Shown here: piece after piece, positions 9,685-17,974 of the stretch
Numbering within the stretch: position 1 is the first letter of the stretch
How the letters are laid out: the number at the start of each line of letters is the position of its first letter
Source of the DNA: Oscillospiraceae bacterium
Lineage (GTDB): Bacteria > Bacillota > Clostridia > Oscillospirales > CAG-272
Length of the DNA: 64,000 bases
Direction of reading: 5' to 3'
NCBI GenBank assembly: GCA_015064095.1
Contig: SVSW01000003.1
Span: 4,882-68,881, forward strand
The notes under the pieces: generated by a model
What the model saw: only the letters and a program-made list of their open reading frames with translations
Told to the model about the DNA's origin: nothing
Databases searched by the model: none
Made by a program: the position numbers and the translations under genes

Positions 9685-10166
9685 TATCCGAACTCGCCCG
9701 ACAGCGAATCGTCATTTTCGATCCACTCGCTGACATTTATAACGCGGAAATCCTCTTTCGTATCGCGAACAACGACCTTTTCAATGCCGGCATTTATGAT
9801 CTGCCTTTTGCACATCATGCAGCTGCTCGTTCCGGGAACGATCTCGTGCGTTTTGGGATCAACGCACGCCATATAAAGAGTGGAGCCGAGCATCTGCTCG
9901 CGAGAGGCGGCAATGATAGCATTTGCCTCCGAGTGTATGGAACGGCACATCTCGTACCGTTCGCCTCTAGGTATGCCGAGCTTGTCACGCATACAGTGAC
10001 CGAGATCGTTACAATTCTTTCTTCCGCGCGGCGCGCCGTTATATCCTGTTGAAACGATAACGTCGTTTTTGACTATTATCGCGCCGTACATCTTACGAAG
10101 GCAAGTACTGCGCTCCGCAACCGTCTGCGCTATATCAAGATAATAATTTTCCTTTGAAACTCTCAT
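9681..10166 (-). CDS. comEB: dCMP (deoxycytidylate) deaminase
   Basis: Zinc motifs HSEANAI and SSCMMCKRQIINAGI; 161 aa. Confidence 0.8.
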   Translation of the reverse strand: MRVSKENYYLDIAQTVAERSTCLRKMYGAIIVKNDVIVSTGYNGAPRGRKNCNDLGHCMRDKLGIPRGERYEMCRSIHSEANAIIAASREQMLGSTLYMACVDPKTHEIVPGTSSCMMCKRQIINAGIEKVVVRDTKEDFRVINVSEWIENDDSLSGEFGY

Positions 10167-10174
10167 ACTTCACC

Positions 10175-11044
10175 TTAAATTGTTTTTACAAACTCACGCA
10201 AGAACGCGCAAAAATCTTCTCCCAACTCGGGATTTTTCGCGCCCTGCACAACATTAGCAGTCAAAAATCCGAGCTTTGAGCCCATATCGAAGCGTGTGCC
10301 CTCAAAATCAACCGCAGTCATACCGCGAGTATTCGCGATCTTTTTCATAGCATCGGTCAGCTGTATCTCGCCGCCGGCACCCGGCTCAAGATTTTCAATT
10401 ATATCAAACACGTCGGGTGTGAGCAAAACTCTGCCGAGTATTGAGAAGTTCGACATGATCTGCTCTTTTTTGGGCTTTTCGATCATATCGTCGACAAAAT
10501 AGCAATTATCGCCGATAGGCTCGGTCTTAAGCGATGAATATTTTGTTATGAGCTCGTCGGACACGGCTTTAACGCCGCACACAGAGCGTCCGTATTTCTC
10601 GTAAGCGTCCATAAGCTGACGGCAAACGGGCGTTTCGGAGAATATAATATCGTCTCCGTAAAGCACGGCAAAGGGCTCGTTGCCGACGAATGCCTTTGCA
10701 CAGCCGACCGCGTGACCGAGTCCGCGAGTTACCTTTTGACGCATAAAGTAGATATTTGCTTTCTGCGCGCACTCATACATAGCATCAATCTCGGCGGTCT
10801 TGCCTGAGGCGCGAAGCTTCTGCTCATATTCGGGAGAAATATCGAAATAATCCTCCATCATATCCTTATCTCTGTTGGTAATTATAAGTATATCGGTGAT
10901 CCCCGAGGCAACAGCCTCGTCAACAAGATACGATATTGTGGGTCTGTCTACTATCGGCAGCATTTCTTTCGGTACGGCACGCGAGATCGGAAGCATTCTC
11001 GTTCCGAGTCCTGCGGCAGGTATAACGGCTTTTTTTACTGACAT
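10175..11044 (-). CDS. galU: UTP--glucose-1-phosphate uridylyltransferase
   Basis: AVIPAAGLGTRMLPISRAVPKEMLPIVDRP N-terminal motif; 289 aa. Confidence 0.9.
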   Translation of the reverse strand: MSVKKAVIPAAGLGTRMLPISRAVPKEMLPIVDRPTISYLVDEAVASGITDILIITNRDKDMMEDYFDISPEYEQKLRASGKTAEIDAMYECAQKANIYFMRQKVTRGLGHAVGCAKAFVGNEPFAVLYGDDIIFSETPVCRQLMDAYEKYGRSVCGVKAVSDELITKYSSLKTEPIGDNCYFVDDMIEKPKKEQIMSNFSILGRVLLTPDVFDIIENLEPGAGGEIQLTDAMKKIANTRGMTAVDFEGTRFDMGSKLGFLTANVVQGAKNPELGEDFCAFLREFVKTI

Positions 11045-11203
11045 AGTAATCTCCTTTTTTGTATATTTATTTTAGTATACTATACAATCAACAAAAAATC
11101 AAGGACATTTTTCAAATTCTACGCAAATCGCCCCTTGCATAAAACACCGATTTATAGTATAATAGTGTATAACTTGCCGAACAACGGAGGAATATTCGCT
11201 GTT

Positions 11204-11866
11204 ATGCTAAAAAAATTGATGAGGAAAACGGGGCTCGGATCACGATTTATCGATGACCTCGAATTCAGGATCCTGCTTACCGCAGTTTTCTCTTTTGCAT
11301 TTAACATAATTTATGCAATATACAATCAAATACTGGGCTCGATAAGCGACACGCTTTGGTTTACGATAATTTCGAATTATTATATCATACTCGGCGCGAT
11401 GCGCCTCGGAGTGGTCTATTGCCACAGACAAAACAAAGATGCCCCATCACGCGAAAAAGCATCTCCGCTCACGGAGCAATCCATAATGAAATTCTGCGGC
11501 ATTCTTCTTATTGCGCTCGCACTTGAATTCTCGGTAACCGTTTATCTTAGCCTGAAGCTCGGGATCGCAACAAAATATAACACTCTTATTATGATCTCGA
11601 TTGCGGTATATACCGCAGTGCGCATGATCTTTGCATTCAAAAATATGATCCGCGCGCACAAAAACAGATCTGTCCTGCTCTCAATGCTCCGTGACATAAG
11701 CTGTGCCGATGCCGCAGCCTCGGTCTTCACTCTCGTTCGATCGCTCACAGTGTCAATAGACGGAATATTCTTGCCGACCGCGCTGACCCTCTCGATAGGT
11801 CTTGCGGTGCTGTTCTTCGTTCTGTCCCTCGGAATAAACATGCTGCGAAGCTCGAAAAATCCATAA
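11204..11866 (+). CDS. Hypothetical integral membrane protein
   Basis: Multiple hydrophobic spans. Start placed at the internal ATG (MLKKLMRK) downstream of GGAGGA. Confidence 0.55.
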   Translation: MLKKLMRKTGLGSRFIDDLEFRILLTAVFSFAFNIIYAIYNQILGSISDTLWFTIISNYYIILGAMRLGVVYCHRQNKDAPSREKASPLTEQSIMKFCGILLIALALEFSVTVYLSLKLGIATKYNTLIMISIAVYTAVRMIFAFKNMIRAHKNRSVLLSMLRDISCADAAASVFTLVRSLTVSIDGIFLPTALTLSIGLAVLFFVLSLGINMLRSSKNP

Positions 11867-11871
11867 AAAAA

Positions 11872-11893
11872 GAAGCCAAAGGCTTCTTTTTTT
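11872..11893. terminator. Bidirectional terminator hairpin
   Basis: GAAGCC/GGCTTC stem flanked by A-run and T-run, between convergent genes. Confidence 0.55.
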
Positions 11894-11923
11894 ATTTTGC
11901 AAAATCAACAATTTATGAACAAA

Positions 11924-13756
11924 TTATCTTATTTTCATAACGCGCATGGCGTTGAGGACAGCTATGACCATAACCCCCACGTCGCCGAAGGTGGCGGCCC
12001 ACATATTAGCCACACCAAGTGCTCCCAATATAAGAATAACGGCTTTTGTGATCAATATAAACCAAATGTTCTCTTTGACTATCCGCATGGTCTTGCGAGC
12101 AAGAGAGACCGCCATCGGCAGCTTTGAGAGCTTGTCGTCCATGAGGACGACATCGGCAGATTCTATCGCCGCATCGCTTCCGAGTGCCCCCATGGCGATG
12201 CCGACGGTCGCCCGAGCAAGCACGGGCGCATCGTTTATCCCGTCACCGACGAAAGCTGTGCGACGGCCGCCGTCGATCAGCTTTTCGACCTCGGCTACCT
12301 TATCGATCGGCAAAAGCTTCGCTCGCACCTCATCTGCGCCGACACTTGCAGCGACCGCGGTTGCAGCGGCCGCCCCGTCACCCGTCAGCATAACGGTTTT
12401 CATAATGCCCATATTTTTCAGCTTGGCAAGCGAGTCCGCAGCATCAGGCTTTATTTCATCTGCCACTGTGATGTATCCGAGATATTCTCCTTCGCTCGCC
12501 ACATAAACGACAGTTCCGATAGCCTCGGCATCAAAGGTTATACCGATATCCTTCATAAGGCGAGAATTGCCGACAAAATATGTCTTTTCGCCGATAAGAG
12601 CCTTTATTCCGAATCCCGAAAGCTCCTCACAGGTCGTAGCGCAAAGTGAATTGTTGAGATCCGCCTCAACTATTGCGGCGGCTATCGGGTGATTTGAATA
12701 GCTTTCCGCCGCAGCGGCAACGGAGAGCAATTTGCTCTCGGAAATGCCGTGCGGGACGACGCTTTCAACGCGAAAGCGCCCCTTCGTCAGCGTGCCCGTC
12801 TTGTCGAAAACGAAGGTGTCAACGCGCGAGAGCGCCTCTATATAGTTTGAACCTTTTATAAGTATGCCGTGACGCGACGCCGTTCCGATACCGCAGAAAA
12901 ACGATACGGGTACGGATACGACAAGCGCGCACGGACAAGAAATAACAAGGAAAGTCAATGCACGTTCAAGCCATAAAAGCCAAGCCCCGTCAAAAATCGG
13001 CGGTAAAACGGCGAGCAAGACCGCCGCAATAACAACAGAGGGCGTATAATAACGCGCAAAGCGCGTGATGAAATTTTCGTATTTTGTCTTTTTTTCACTC
13101 GCGTCTTCAATTAGAGCCATGATCTTTGACACCGTGCTCTCCGAAAACGCGCTATCAACGCGCACTCGAATAAGACCCGTGAGATTGACAGTGCCGCTGA
13201 AGGCGCGGTCGCCCTCTCCGCGCTCAACGGGCACACTCTCGCCCGTAAGGGCTGCGGTGTCAACGCTGGTTGATCCCGATGTTATCACACCGTCAAGCGG
13301 TATGCGCTCACCTGCACGAACGATAATCGTTTCACCGACACTTACCTCATCGGGAGCGACCTCGATTTCGACACCGTCACGCAAGACCACTGCACGGTCG
13401 GGGCAAATTTCCATAAGCGCGGCTATCGAGCGTCGGCTCTTTCCGACCGCGATGCTCTGAAAAAGCTCTCCGACCTGATAAAACAGCATAACGAAAACCG
13501 CCTCGGGGTATTCACCTATCGCAAATGCGCCAAGCGTGGCAAGGGACATTAAAAACTGCTCATCAAACACCTGGCCGTGAAAAACATTACGCAAAGCAGA
13601 CCATAGCACATCATACCCGACGATCATATACGGAACGGCAAAAAGTGCGATCGAAAAAAGCCCCGGAGAAAAAATCTCGCTAACGGCAGCCGCTATGGCA
13701 AGGAGCGCCGCTGAAATAATAATTAAGGTGAGAGATCTTTTCTGCTTTTTATTCAT
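11924..13756 (-). CDS. Heavy-metal (Cd/Zn/Co-type) translocating P1B-type ATPase
   Basis: SCPCALVVS metal site, DKTGTLT phosphorylation motif and GDGINDAP hinge. Start set at the ATG giving an ATGA overlap with the upstream HMA gene. Confidence 0.85.
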   Translation of the reverse strand: MNKKQKRSLTLIIISAALLAIAAAVSEIFSPGLFSIALFAVPYMIVGYDVLWSALRNVFHGQVFDEQFLMSLATLGAFAIGEYPEAVFVMLFYQVGELFQSIAVGKSRRSIAALMEICPDRAVVLRDGVEIEVAPDEVSVGETIIVRAGERIPLDGVITSGSTSVDTAALTGESVPVERGEGDRAFSGTVNLTGLIRVRVDSAFSESTVSKIMALIEDASEKKTKYENFITRFARYYTPSVVIAAVLLAVLPPIFDGAWLLWLERALTFLVISCPCALVVSVPVSFFCGIGTASRHGILIKGSNYIEALSRVDTFVFDKTGTLTKGRFRVESVVPHGISESKLLSVAAAAESYSNHPIAAAIVEADLNNSLCATTCEELSGFGIKALIGEKTYFVGNSRLMKDIGITFDAEAIGTVVYVASEGEYLGYITVADEIKPDAADSLAKLKNMGIMKTVMLTGDGAAAATAVAASVGADEVRAKLLPIDKVAEVEKLIDGGRRTAFVGDGINDAPVLARATVGIAMGALGSDAAIESADVVLMDDKLSKLPMAVSLARKTMRIVKENIWFILITKAVILILGALGVANMWAATFGDVGVMVIAVLNAMRVMKIR

Positions 13757-13971
13757 AATACTATCTTGCAATCCGGATTTGAGCGCTTTGCCGCCTTGAT
13801 GACACGTGACATAACATCGTCAAATTCGCCGTCCGCCGCCTCAACCGTCAGCTTTTGCATCATAAAATTAACAGATGCCGAAGTAACCCCCTCGGTTTTG
13901 AGAACTGCACGCTCAAGCTTCGCCGCACAGTTGGGGCAATCAAGATCTTTTATCTTAAAAACTTTTTTCAC
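13753..13971 (-). CDS. Stand-alone heavy-metal-associated (HMA) domain protein
   Basis: 72 aa with a CPNC metal-binding motif (DLDCPNCAAKLE). Confidence 0.8.
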   Translation of the reverse strand: MKKVFKIKDLDCPNCAAKLERAVLKTEGVTSASVNFMMQKLTVEAADGEFDDVMSRVIKAAKRSNPDCKIVL

Positions 13972-14329
13972 TGTCGTTTCTCTCCTCTATTAAATGCTCA
14001 AATCCCTGCGCGATGATCGTGCGAACATGATCGTCTGCAAGGAAATAAAATATCGTTTTTCCCTCACGGCGATTGCCGACAAGGTTTGCGTCCTTGAGTA
14101 CACGGAGCTGATGCGATATCGCAGGCTGGGTCATTCCCAGCAGCTCGGCTATCGCACAAACGCACATCTCGGACTCAAAAAGCGCGAAAAGGATCTTTAC
14201 GCGAGTGGTGTCGCCGAATATTTTAAAAAGGTCCGAAAGATCGCAGATAAGTTCGTCTGTCGGAAGTTCGTCCTTTACCCTTTTAAGTATTTCGTCGTGG
14301 CGATGTTCCATATATAAATCTCCATTCAT
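13955..14329 (-). CDS. ArsR/SmtB-family metalloregulator
   Basis: CVCAIAELLGMTQPAISHQLRVLKDANLV HTH with metal-sensing Cys pair. First gene of the HMA / P-type ATPase operon. Confidence 0.85.
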   Translation of the reverse strand: MNGDLYMEHRHDEILKRVKDELPTDELICDLSDLFKIFGDTTRVKILFALFESEMCVCAIAELLGMTQPAISHQLRVLKDANLVGNRREGKTIFYFLADDHVRTIIAQGFEHLIEERNDSEKSF

Positions 14330-14400
14330 ATGTTTATCTGTTCATATGATAGCACGCTTATATGTTTTTGTCAATACCTTAAATCAAAAAAACGAGGATT

Positions 14401-15507
14401 TTAACTCCTCGTTTTTTCATCATCTTCAAGCGCTAAGGCAAGCACTCGTTGCACGGACGCGGCTTCCTTGAAATTCGGTGTCGCCTCCCTGCCCTCGTTT
14501 ACCGCAGACAAAAAGCTGTACATACTGTGCAGATGTCCGCGCAGCCAGCCGATTGGGGCTTTGAAGGACGGGAATATTCCGCCGGGGGCTTCGTAGCGTC
14601 CGCAGCATTCGATTCGCGTATATCCACGGTCACCGCCAAAGCTGCCGCCTGCGGCTTCTGCGTCATAGAAATAAAGCCAATTAAGATCCATCATTGAGAA
14701 TTTCAGCGAGCCCTTCTCACCGTAAACGGCAAAATTCAGCTCATCATTCGCGCCCACGGTCAGCTTGCTGACGTCGACCGTTCCGACAGCACCGCCATCG
14801 GTCTTACAGATCATATAAAACGCTTCGTCGGCATTTGTCCGCCAGATCTCTCCGTTCCGTCCGCGGCGCTCGGGATATGCTATCTGTGAGCTTGCTTTAA
14901 CGGATATTATTTCGCCGCAAAGATATTGCATCATATCGACTGCGTGCGATCCAAGGTCAAAAAGCGTTCCCGCGCCGCAAATATCGCGGTCCTGCTTCCA
15001 ACCGGCGTTCTTTTCGGGATCTGTGGCACTCGCGTGGAGATATTCGCAGCGGAAGCTGATAATTTTTCCTAGCCTGCCGCTAAATATCAGCTCCTTAGCC
15101 TTCATAACCGCCGGCAAAAAGCGATTGTTGAACACTATCTGCGCGGTTATTCCCTTTTCTTCGGCAAGACGTGCAATATCGGCAGCCTGCTCCTCGGTCA
15201 CGCAAAGCGGCTTTTCGCAATATATGTGCTTTCCTGCCGCGATCGCCTTTTTAAGCGTTTCATAATGATATATATTCGGCGTGCAAATATCTATTACATC
15301 AATTTCGGGATCATTTATGATCTCGTCCTCGCTCGCACCCGTAACGCCGAGGAATTCCGCCGCTGCAGCGGTCGTTTCGGGTCTGCTTGCGCAGACTGCG
15401 GCGATCTCCGCCGAAAACGGCAGGTCGCGGTAAAAATATTTGAGATTGTCAACGCACCATGCGTGCGTTTTTCCCATAAAGCCAAAGCCGATAAGTCCTA
15501 TTTTCAT
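14401..15507 (-). CDS. Gfo/Idh/MocA-family NAD(P)-dependent oxidoreductase
   Basis: MKIGLIGFGFMGKTH Rossmann N-terminus and EKP motif (YCEKPL); 368 aa. Confidence 0.85.
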   Translation of the reverse strand: MKIGLIGFGFMGKTHAWCVDNLKYFYRDLPFSAEIAAVCASRPETTAAAAEFLGVTGASEDEIINDPEIDVIDICTPNIYHYETLKKAIAAGKHIYCEKPLCVTEEQAADIARLAEEKGITAQIVFNNRFLPAVMKAKELIFSGRLGKIISFRCEYLHASATDPEKNAGWKQDRDICGAGTLFDLGSHAVDMMQYLCGEIISVKASSQIAYPERRGRNGEIWRTNADEAFYMICKTDGGAVGTVDVSKLTVGANDELNFAVYGEKGSLKFSMMDLNWLYFYDAEAAGGSFGGDRGYTRIECCGRYEAPGGIFPSFKAPIGWLRGHLHSMYSFLSAVNEGREATPNFKEAASVQRVLALALEDDEKTRS

Positions 15508-15519
15508 CTTAATTTCCTC

Positions 15520-15565
15520 TATATCGATATATAGAAATTATAACCTTTCGCAGCCTTTTTGTCAA
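15520..15565 (-). promoter_or_regulatory. Sigma-A-type promoter plus 12-bp palindrome upstream of the oxidoreductase gene
   Basis: On the minus strand: TTGACA (15565-15560), 17 nt, TATAAT (15542-15537). Perfect palindrome TATATCGATATA at 15520-15531 lies between the -10 and the RBS. Confidence 0.6.
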
Positions 15566-15601
15566 GCAGTGTATTTTTTCTAATAATTTTGAAAATCCCT
15601 C

Positions 15602-15630
15602 TTGATTTTTAGAAAAAGATGTGTTATAAT
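15602..15630 (+). promoter_or_regulatory. Sigma-A-type promoter for the leader / tRNA-Ser transcript
   Basis: TTGATT (15602-15607), 17 nt, TATAAT (15625-15630), with TGT immediately upstream of the -10 (extended -10). Confidence 0.65.
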
Positions 15631-15636
15631 ACATAG

Positions 15637-15845
15637 GCTTTGGAAAATTCCAACAACTAAATATGCACAGTACGCATCATGGAGAGATATCTCGCCTATG
15701 GCGAGAATACCCACACCCTGCGCCTGACAAGCTAGCTTGTCGATCTTCGGGTGGGCTATGCGAAGTGGATTCAATGAGCAAAGCTCATTGCTCCTCGTCT
15801 CATAGAGCTCCATAGTTATGATGCACACTTGTGCATCATAATTAT
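15637..15845 (+). ncRNA. Candidate structured leader RNA of unknown class, co-transcribed with tRNA-Ser
   Basis: Lies between a canonical promoter and the tRNA. Has at least five stem-loops (15690-15706, 15710-15755 enclosing 15726-15741, 15773-15789, 15818-15839). Contains a split copy of the tRNA 5' end. No convincing ORF. Confidence 0.35.
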
Positions 15846-15934
15846 GGAGAGATATCGAAGTGGTCATAACGGGGCTGACTCGAAATCAGTTTGGGAGCAA
15901 TCCCACGTGGGTTCGAATCCCACTCTCTCCGCCA
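15846..15934 (+). tRNA. tRNA-Ser (anticodon CGA)
   Basis: Acceptor GGAGAGA/TCTCTCC, anticodon loop CU-CGA-AA, long variable arm TGGGA-GCAA-TCCCA, T-arm GTGGG-TTCGAAT-CCCAC, discriminator G and encoded CCA. Confidence 0.9.
15876..15931 (+). repeat. Left 56-nt direct repeat (att-like), inside the intact tRNA-Ser
   Basis: 55/56 identical to 19566-19621. Runs from the anticodon stem to the discriminator base. Confidence 0.9.
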
Positions 15935-15937
15935 TTT

Positions 15938-15971
15938 AACCGCAATTCTTGATAAAAGGATTGCGGTTTTT
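15938..15971 (+). terminator. Rho-independent terminator after the intact tRNA-Ser
   Basis: AACCGCAAT / ATTGCGGTT stem followed by TTT. Confidence 0.6.
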
Positions 15972-16117
15972 ACTATTTTGTGGTACAATAATCTCAGTAT
16001 AGCCTCATAGTTAGCTTTGGCTTTTGCCAATCTTGATGCAGAAACGCCTTTTTTGAGAAGTGTATCGCTGCCGATTATCTCTATTGTAGCTCTTGGGGCA
16101 AGTCCTTACATTGTATC

Positions 16118-16348
16118 GTGTGTGATGATTCGTTGAGATTTAATACACCGGAAGGTGTTGTTAGCAAAAACGATATACATTCAATTTCCATTACACACCA
16201 TTGGTCTTACGATGAATTGAAACTCAAAACTCTGCACGGAATGTGCTTTACTTCGGAAATTGAAAATGCGTCAATTTTCGTAATCGATAACGGTTACAGA
16301 AAGAGATATCCACTATCCAAATTAGACTACATTCAATTTGGAAACTGA
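16118..16348 (+). CDS. Small hypothetical ORF, possibly a gene remnant
   Basis: 76 codons from a GTG with no clear SD. The only in-frame ATG is at codon 42. Ends 15 nt before the methyltransferase gene. Confidence 0.3.
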   Translation: MCDDSLRFNTPEGVVSKNDIHSISITHHWSYDELKLKTLHGMCFTSEIENASIFVIDNGYRKRYPLSKLDYIQFGN

Positions 16349-16363
16349 CAAAAGGAGACGGCT

Positions 16364-17647
16364 ATGCTCGAAAGAATGAGTGAATTTTTTGAAAAGCGTT
16401 TGAATGGTTATGATGAGCATATGCTGACAAATATTAAGTCGGCGCGGGAGTTTTATACGTTCACGGCGGAGTGTTTACCCAAGGCGAACGGTTGCCGTGT
16501 GCTTGACTTAGGCTGTGGCACGGGGCTGGAGCTTGAATATTATTTTTCGCTGAATTCTACGGCGCGTGTGACGGGCATTGATCTCTCGCAAGGTATGCTC
16601 GATGCGCTCTCGGCAAAGTTTGAGAACAAGGACATCACGCTTGTTTGTGATTCTTATTTTGCTGTACCTTTGGGCGAGAACGTATTTGACTCGGCCGTAT
16701 CGGTAGAGTCCTTGCATCACTTCACGCAGAAAGAAAAAATACCGCTTTACGAGAAGCTTTGTAAAGCGATAAAAAACGGCGGATATTTTATATTGACCGA
16801 CTATTTTGCTCTGTCTGACGAAGAGGAGCAGATGCATCGAGATACACTTATTGCGCTCAAAAATGAGCAAGGCATCACGGATAGCGAGTTCTATCATTAC
16901 GACACACCGCTAACCGTAGCACACGAGGTTGAGGCGCTTATGGCGGCAGGATTTTCCTCTGTTGATGTGCTTAAAAATTGGGGTGCAACCTATACGCTAC
17001 GCGCTTCGAGAAACAAGGTTTTGAACATTACGAACGGTGATTGCTTCAACGATTATTTTCTATCAAAGTTTGGCGGCGAGGCTGTTCCTTTTTGCGAGGC
17101 GATGATGGACGGTGATACGATATCGGACATCTATTCGGGTGAGTTTATCGAATTGCGTTCAAAGGCGCTTGGCGTGAGTGCCAAGGAATACAAGTCAAAG
17201 ATGCACGTGCAAACCGCGCCTCTTGAGAATTACTCCGAGCTTCGTTTGTGGTTCGGCAAGGATACCTTCTGCCAGACAAATCTGCTCACGCTTCTCGCTT
17301 ATTTGAAGCAGATCGAATACGGTGGGCAGGTCTTTCTCAATTACATTGACGACGAAAACTTCGAGGTGCTTGAGGAGAATATCTCTGTAACGCTTGACTC
17401 GTATAAAAGGATTTACGAAGATATCCTTATAACAAAAAAGCACCCGACAAACTTGGGTGTTCTTGATGCCGAGGGAATAGAATTGTATTTTGATTATCTC
17501 TCTGATACCGGAGCGCTTGCGCAACTTGTGAGAGAAAATTCCGACAAGGATGATTTGAATCTTGTCTGCCTTTTGCTTGAAAACTCAAAGGCATACGGAT
17601 TGTCGGATATACAGGCGGAAATGCTGATTAGAAAATATCGTATTTAG
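16364..17647 (+). CDS. Class I SAM-dependent methyltransferase fused to a DUF1835-like C-terminal domain
   Basis: N-terminal half has motif I VLDLGCGTGLE and post-I/II elements (VTGIDLS, GGYFILTDY). The C-terminal ~210 aa (LNITNGDCF..., LRLWFGKDTFCQTNLL) resembles DUF1835 as I recall it. SD AAGGAG lies upstream. Confidence 0.7.
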   Translation: MLERMSEFFEKRLNGYDEHMLTNIKSAREFYTFTAECLPKANGCRVLDLGCGTGLELEYYFSLNSTARVTGIDLSQGMLDALSAKFENKDITLVCDSYFAVPLGENVFDSAVSVESLHHFTQKEKIPLYEKLCKAIKNGGYFILTDYFALSDEEEQMHRDTLIALKNEQGITDSEFYHYDTPLTVAHEVEALMAAGFSSVDVLKNWGATYTLRASRNKVLNITNGDCFNDYFLSKFGGEAVPFCEAMMDGDTISDIYSGEFIELRSKALGVSAKEYKSKMHVQTAPLENYSELRLWFGKDTFCQTNLLTLLAYLKQIEYGGQVFLNYIDDENFEVLEENISVTLDSYKRIYEDILITKKHPTNLGVLDAEGIELYFDYLSDTGALAQLVRENSDKDDLNLVCLLLENSKAYGLSDIQAEMLIRKYRI

Positions 17648-17677
17648 TGACGTCCCAAACTCGTTTTCTATCACTTT
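17646..17677 (+). repeat. Left copy of a 32-nt imperfect direct repeat bracketing the HTH / acidic-protein cassette
   Basis: AGTGACGTCCCAAACTCGTTTTCTATCACTTT; 29/32 identical to 19424-19455. Confidence 0.8.
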
Positions 17678-17745
17678 CCCGAAAAAATGAGAGCTTATCA
17701 CAGAAGGACGGAAAAGTCCAGCGGAATTTGAAAACAAATAAAATT

Positions 17746-17777
17746 GCCGCTGAGGAATCTTACGAAACCTCAGCGGC
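17746..17777. terminator. Bidirectional terminator between convergent islet genes
   Basis: GCCGCTGAGG / CCTCAGCGGC 10-bp stem with a 12-nt loop. TTT follows on plus; AATTTTATTT follows on minus. Confidence 0.6.
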
Positions 17778-17795
17778 TTTGCTATTTGTTATTTA

Positions 17796-17972
17796 TCAAT
17801 CATCTTCCTCGTCTTCTCGACGCCGTCTTTCTTCCTCTTCTTCCTCTTCGCGCTCACGACGATATTCGCTATCGTCCCAGTTATCTACATATTCTCCGCG
17901 TGTCCAACTATATCCGCCTTTATCTATATCTTCGTATTCACCCGAATCGTAATTATAGCACCATTTTGACAT
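17796..17972 (-). CDS. 58-aa aromatic-rich, hyper-acidic mini-protein
   Basis: ATG at 17972 preceded by GGAGGAG (17980-17987), which is embedded in the end of the upstream gene. Sequence: MSKWCYNYDSGEYEDIDKGGYSWTRGEYVDNWDDSEYRREREEEEEEERRRREDEEDD. Confidence 0.5.
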   Translation of the reverse strand: MSKWCYNYDSGEYEDIDKGGYSWTRGEYVDNWDDSEYRREREEEEEEERRRREDEEDD

Positions 17973-17974
17973 AA

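Noticed and set aside
15745-15768. Possible T-box riboswitch element (TTCGGGTGGGCTATGCG resembles the GGGTGG core of the T-box sequence)
   Set aside because: Only the GGGTGG hexamer matches. The rest of the conserved 14-mer (..TACCGCG) is absent, as are the specifier loop and the terminator/antiterminator architecture. The downstream gene is a tRNA, not an aminoacyl-tRNA synthetase or biosynthetic gene.
15580-16030. Two minus-strand ORFs (95 aa and 62 aa) overlapping the leader and the tRNA-Ser
   Set aside because: They overlap a canonical tRNA and its promoter and leader. Part of their sequence is just the reverse translation of the tRNA. The 15972-16117 stretch was also examined for a decayed integrase C-terminus, but no tyrosine-recombinase motif (for example HxxR...Y) could be seen.
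17647-17952. 101-aa Ser/Arg-rich plus-strand ORF
   Set aside because: It is the antisense reading of the GAA/GAG/CGT-rich acidic tail of the mini-protein gene, it crosses the bidirectional terminator, and it has no SD.
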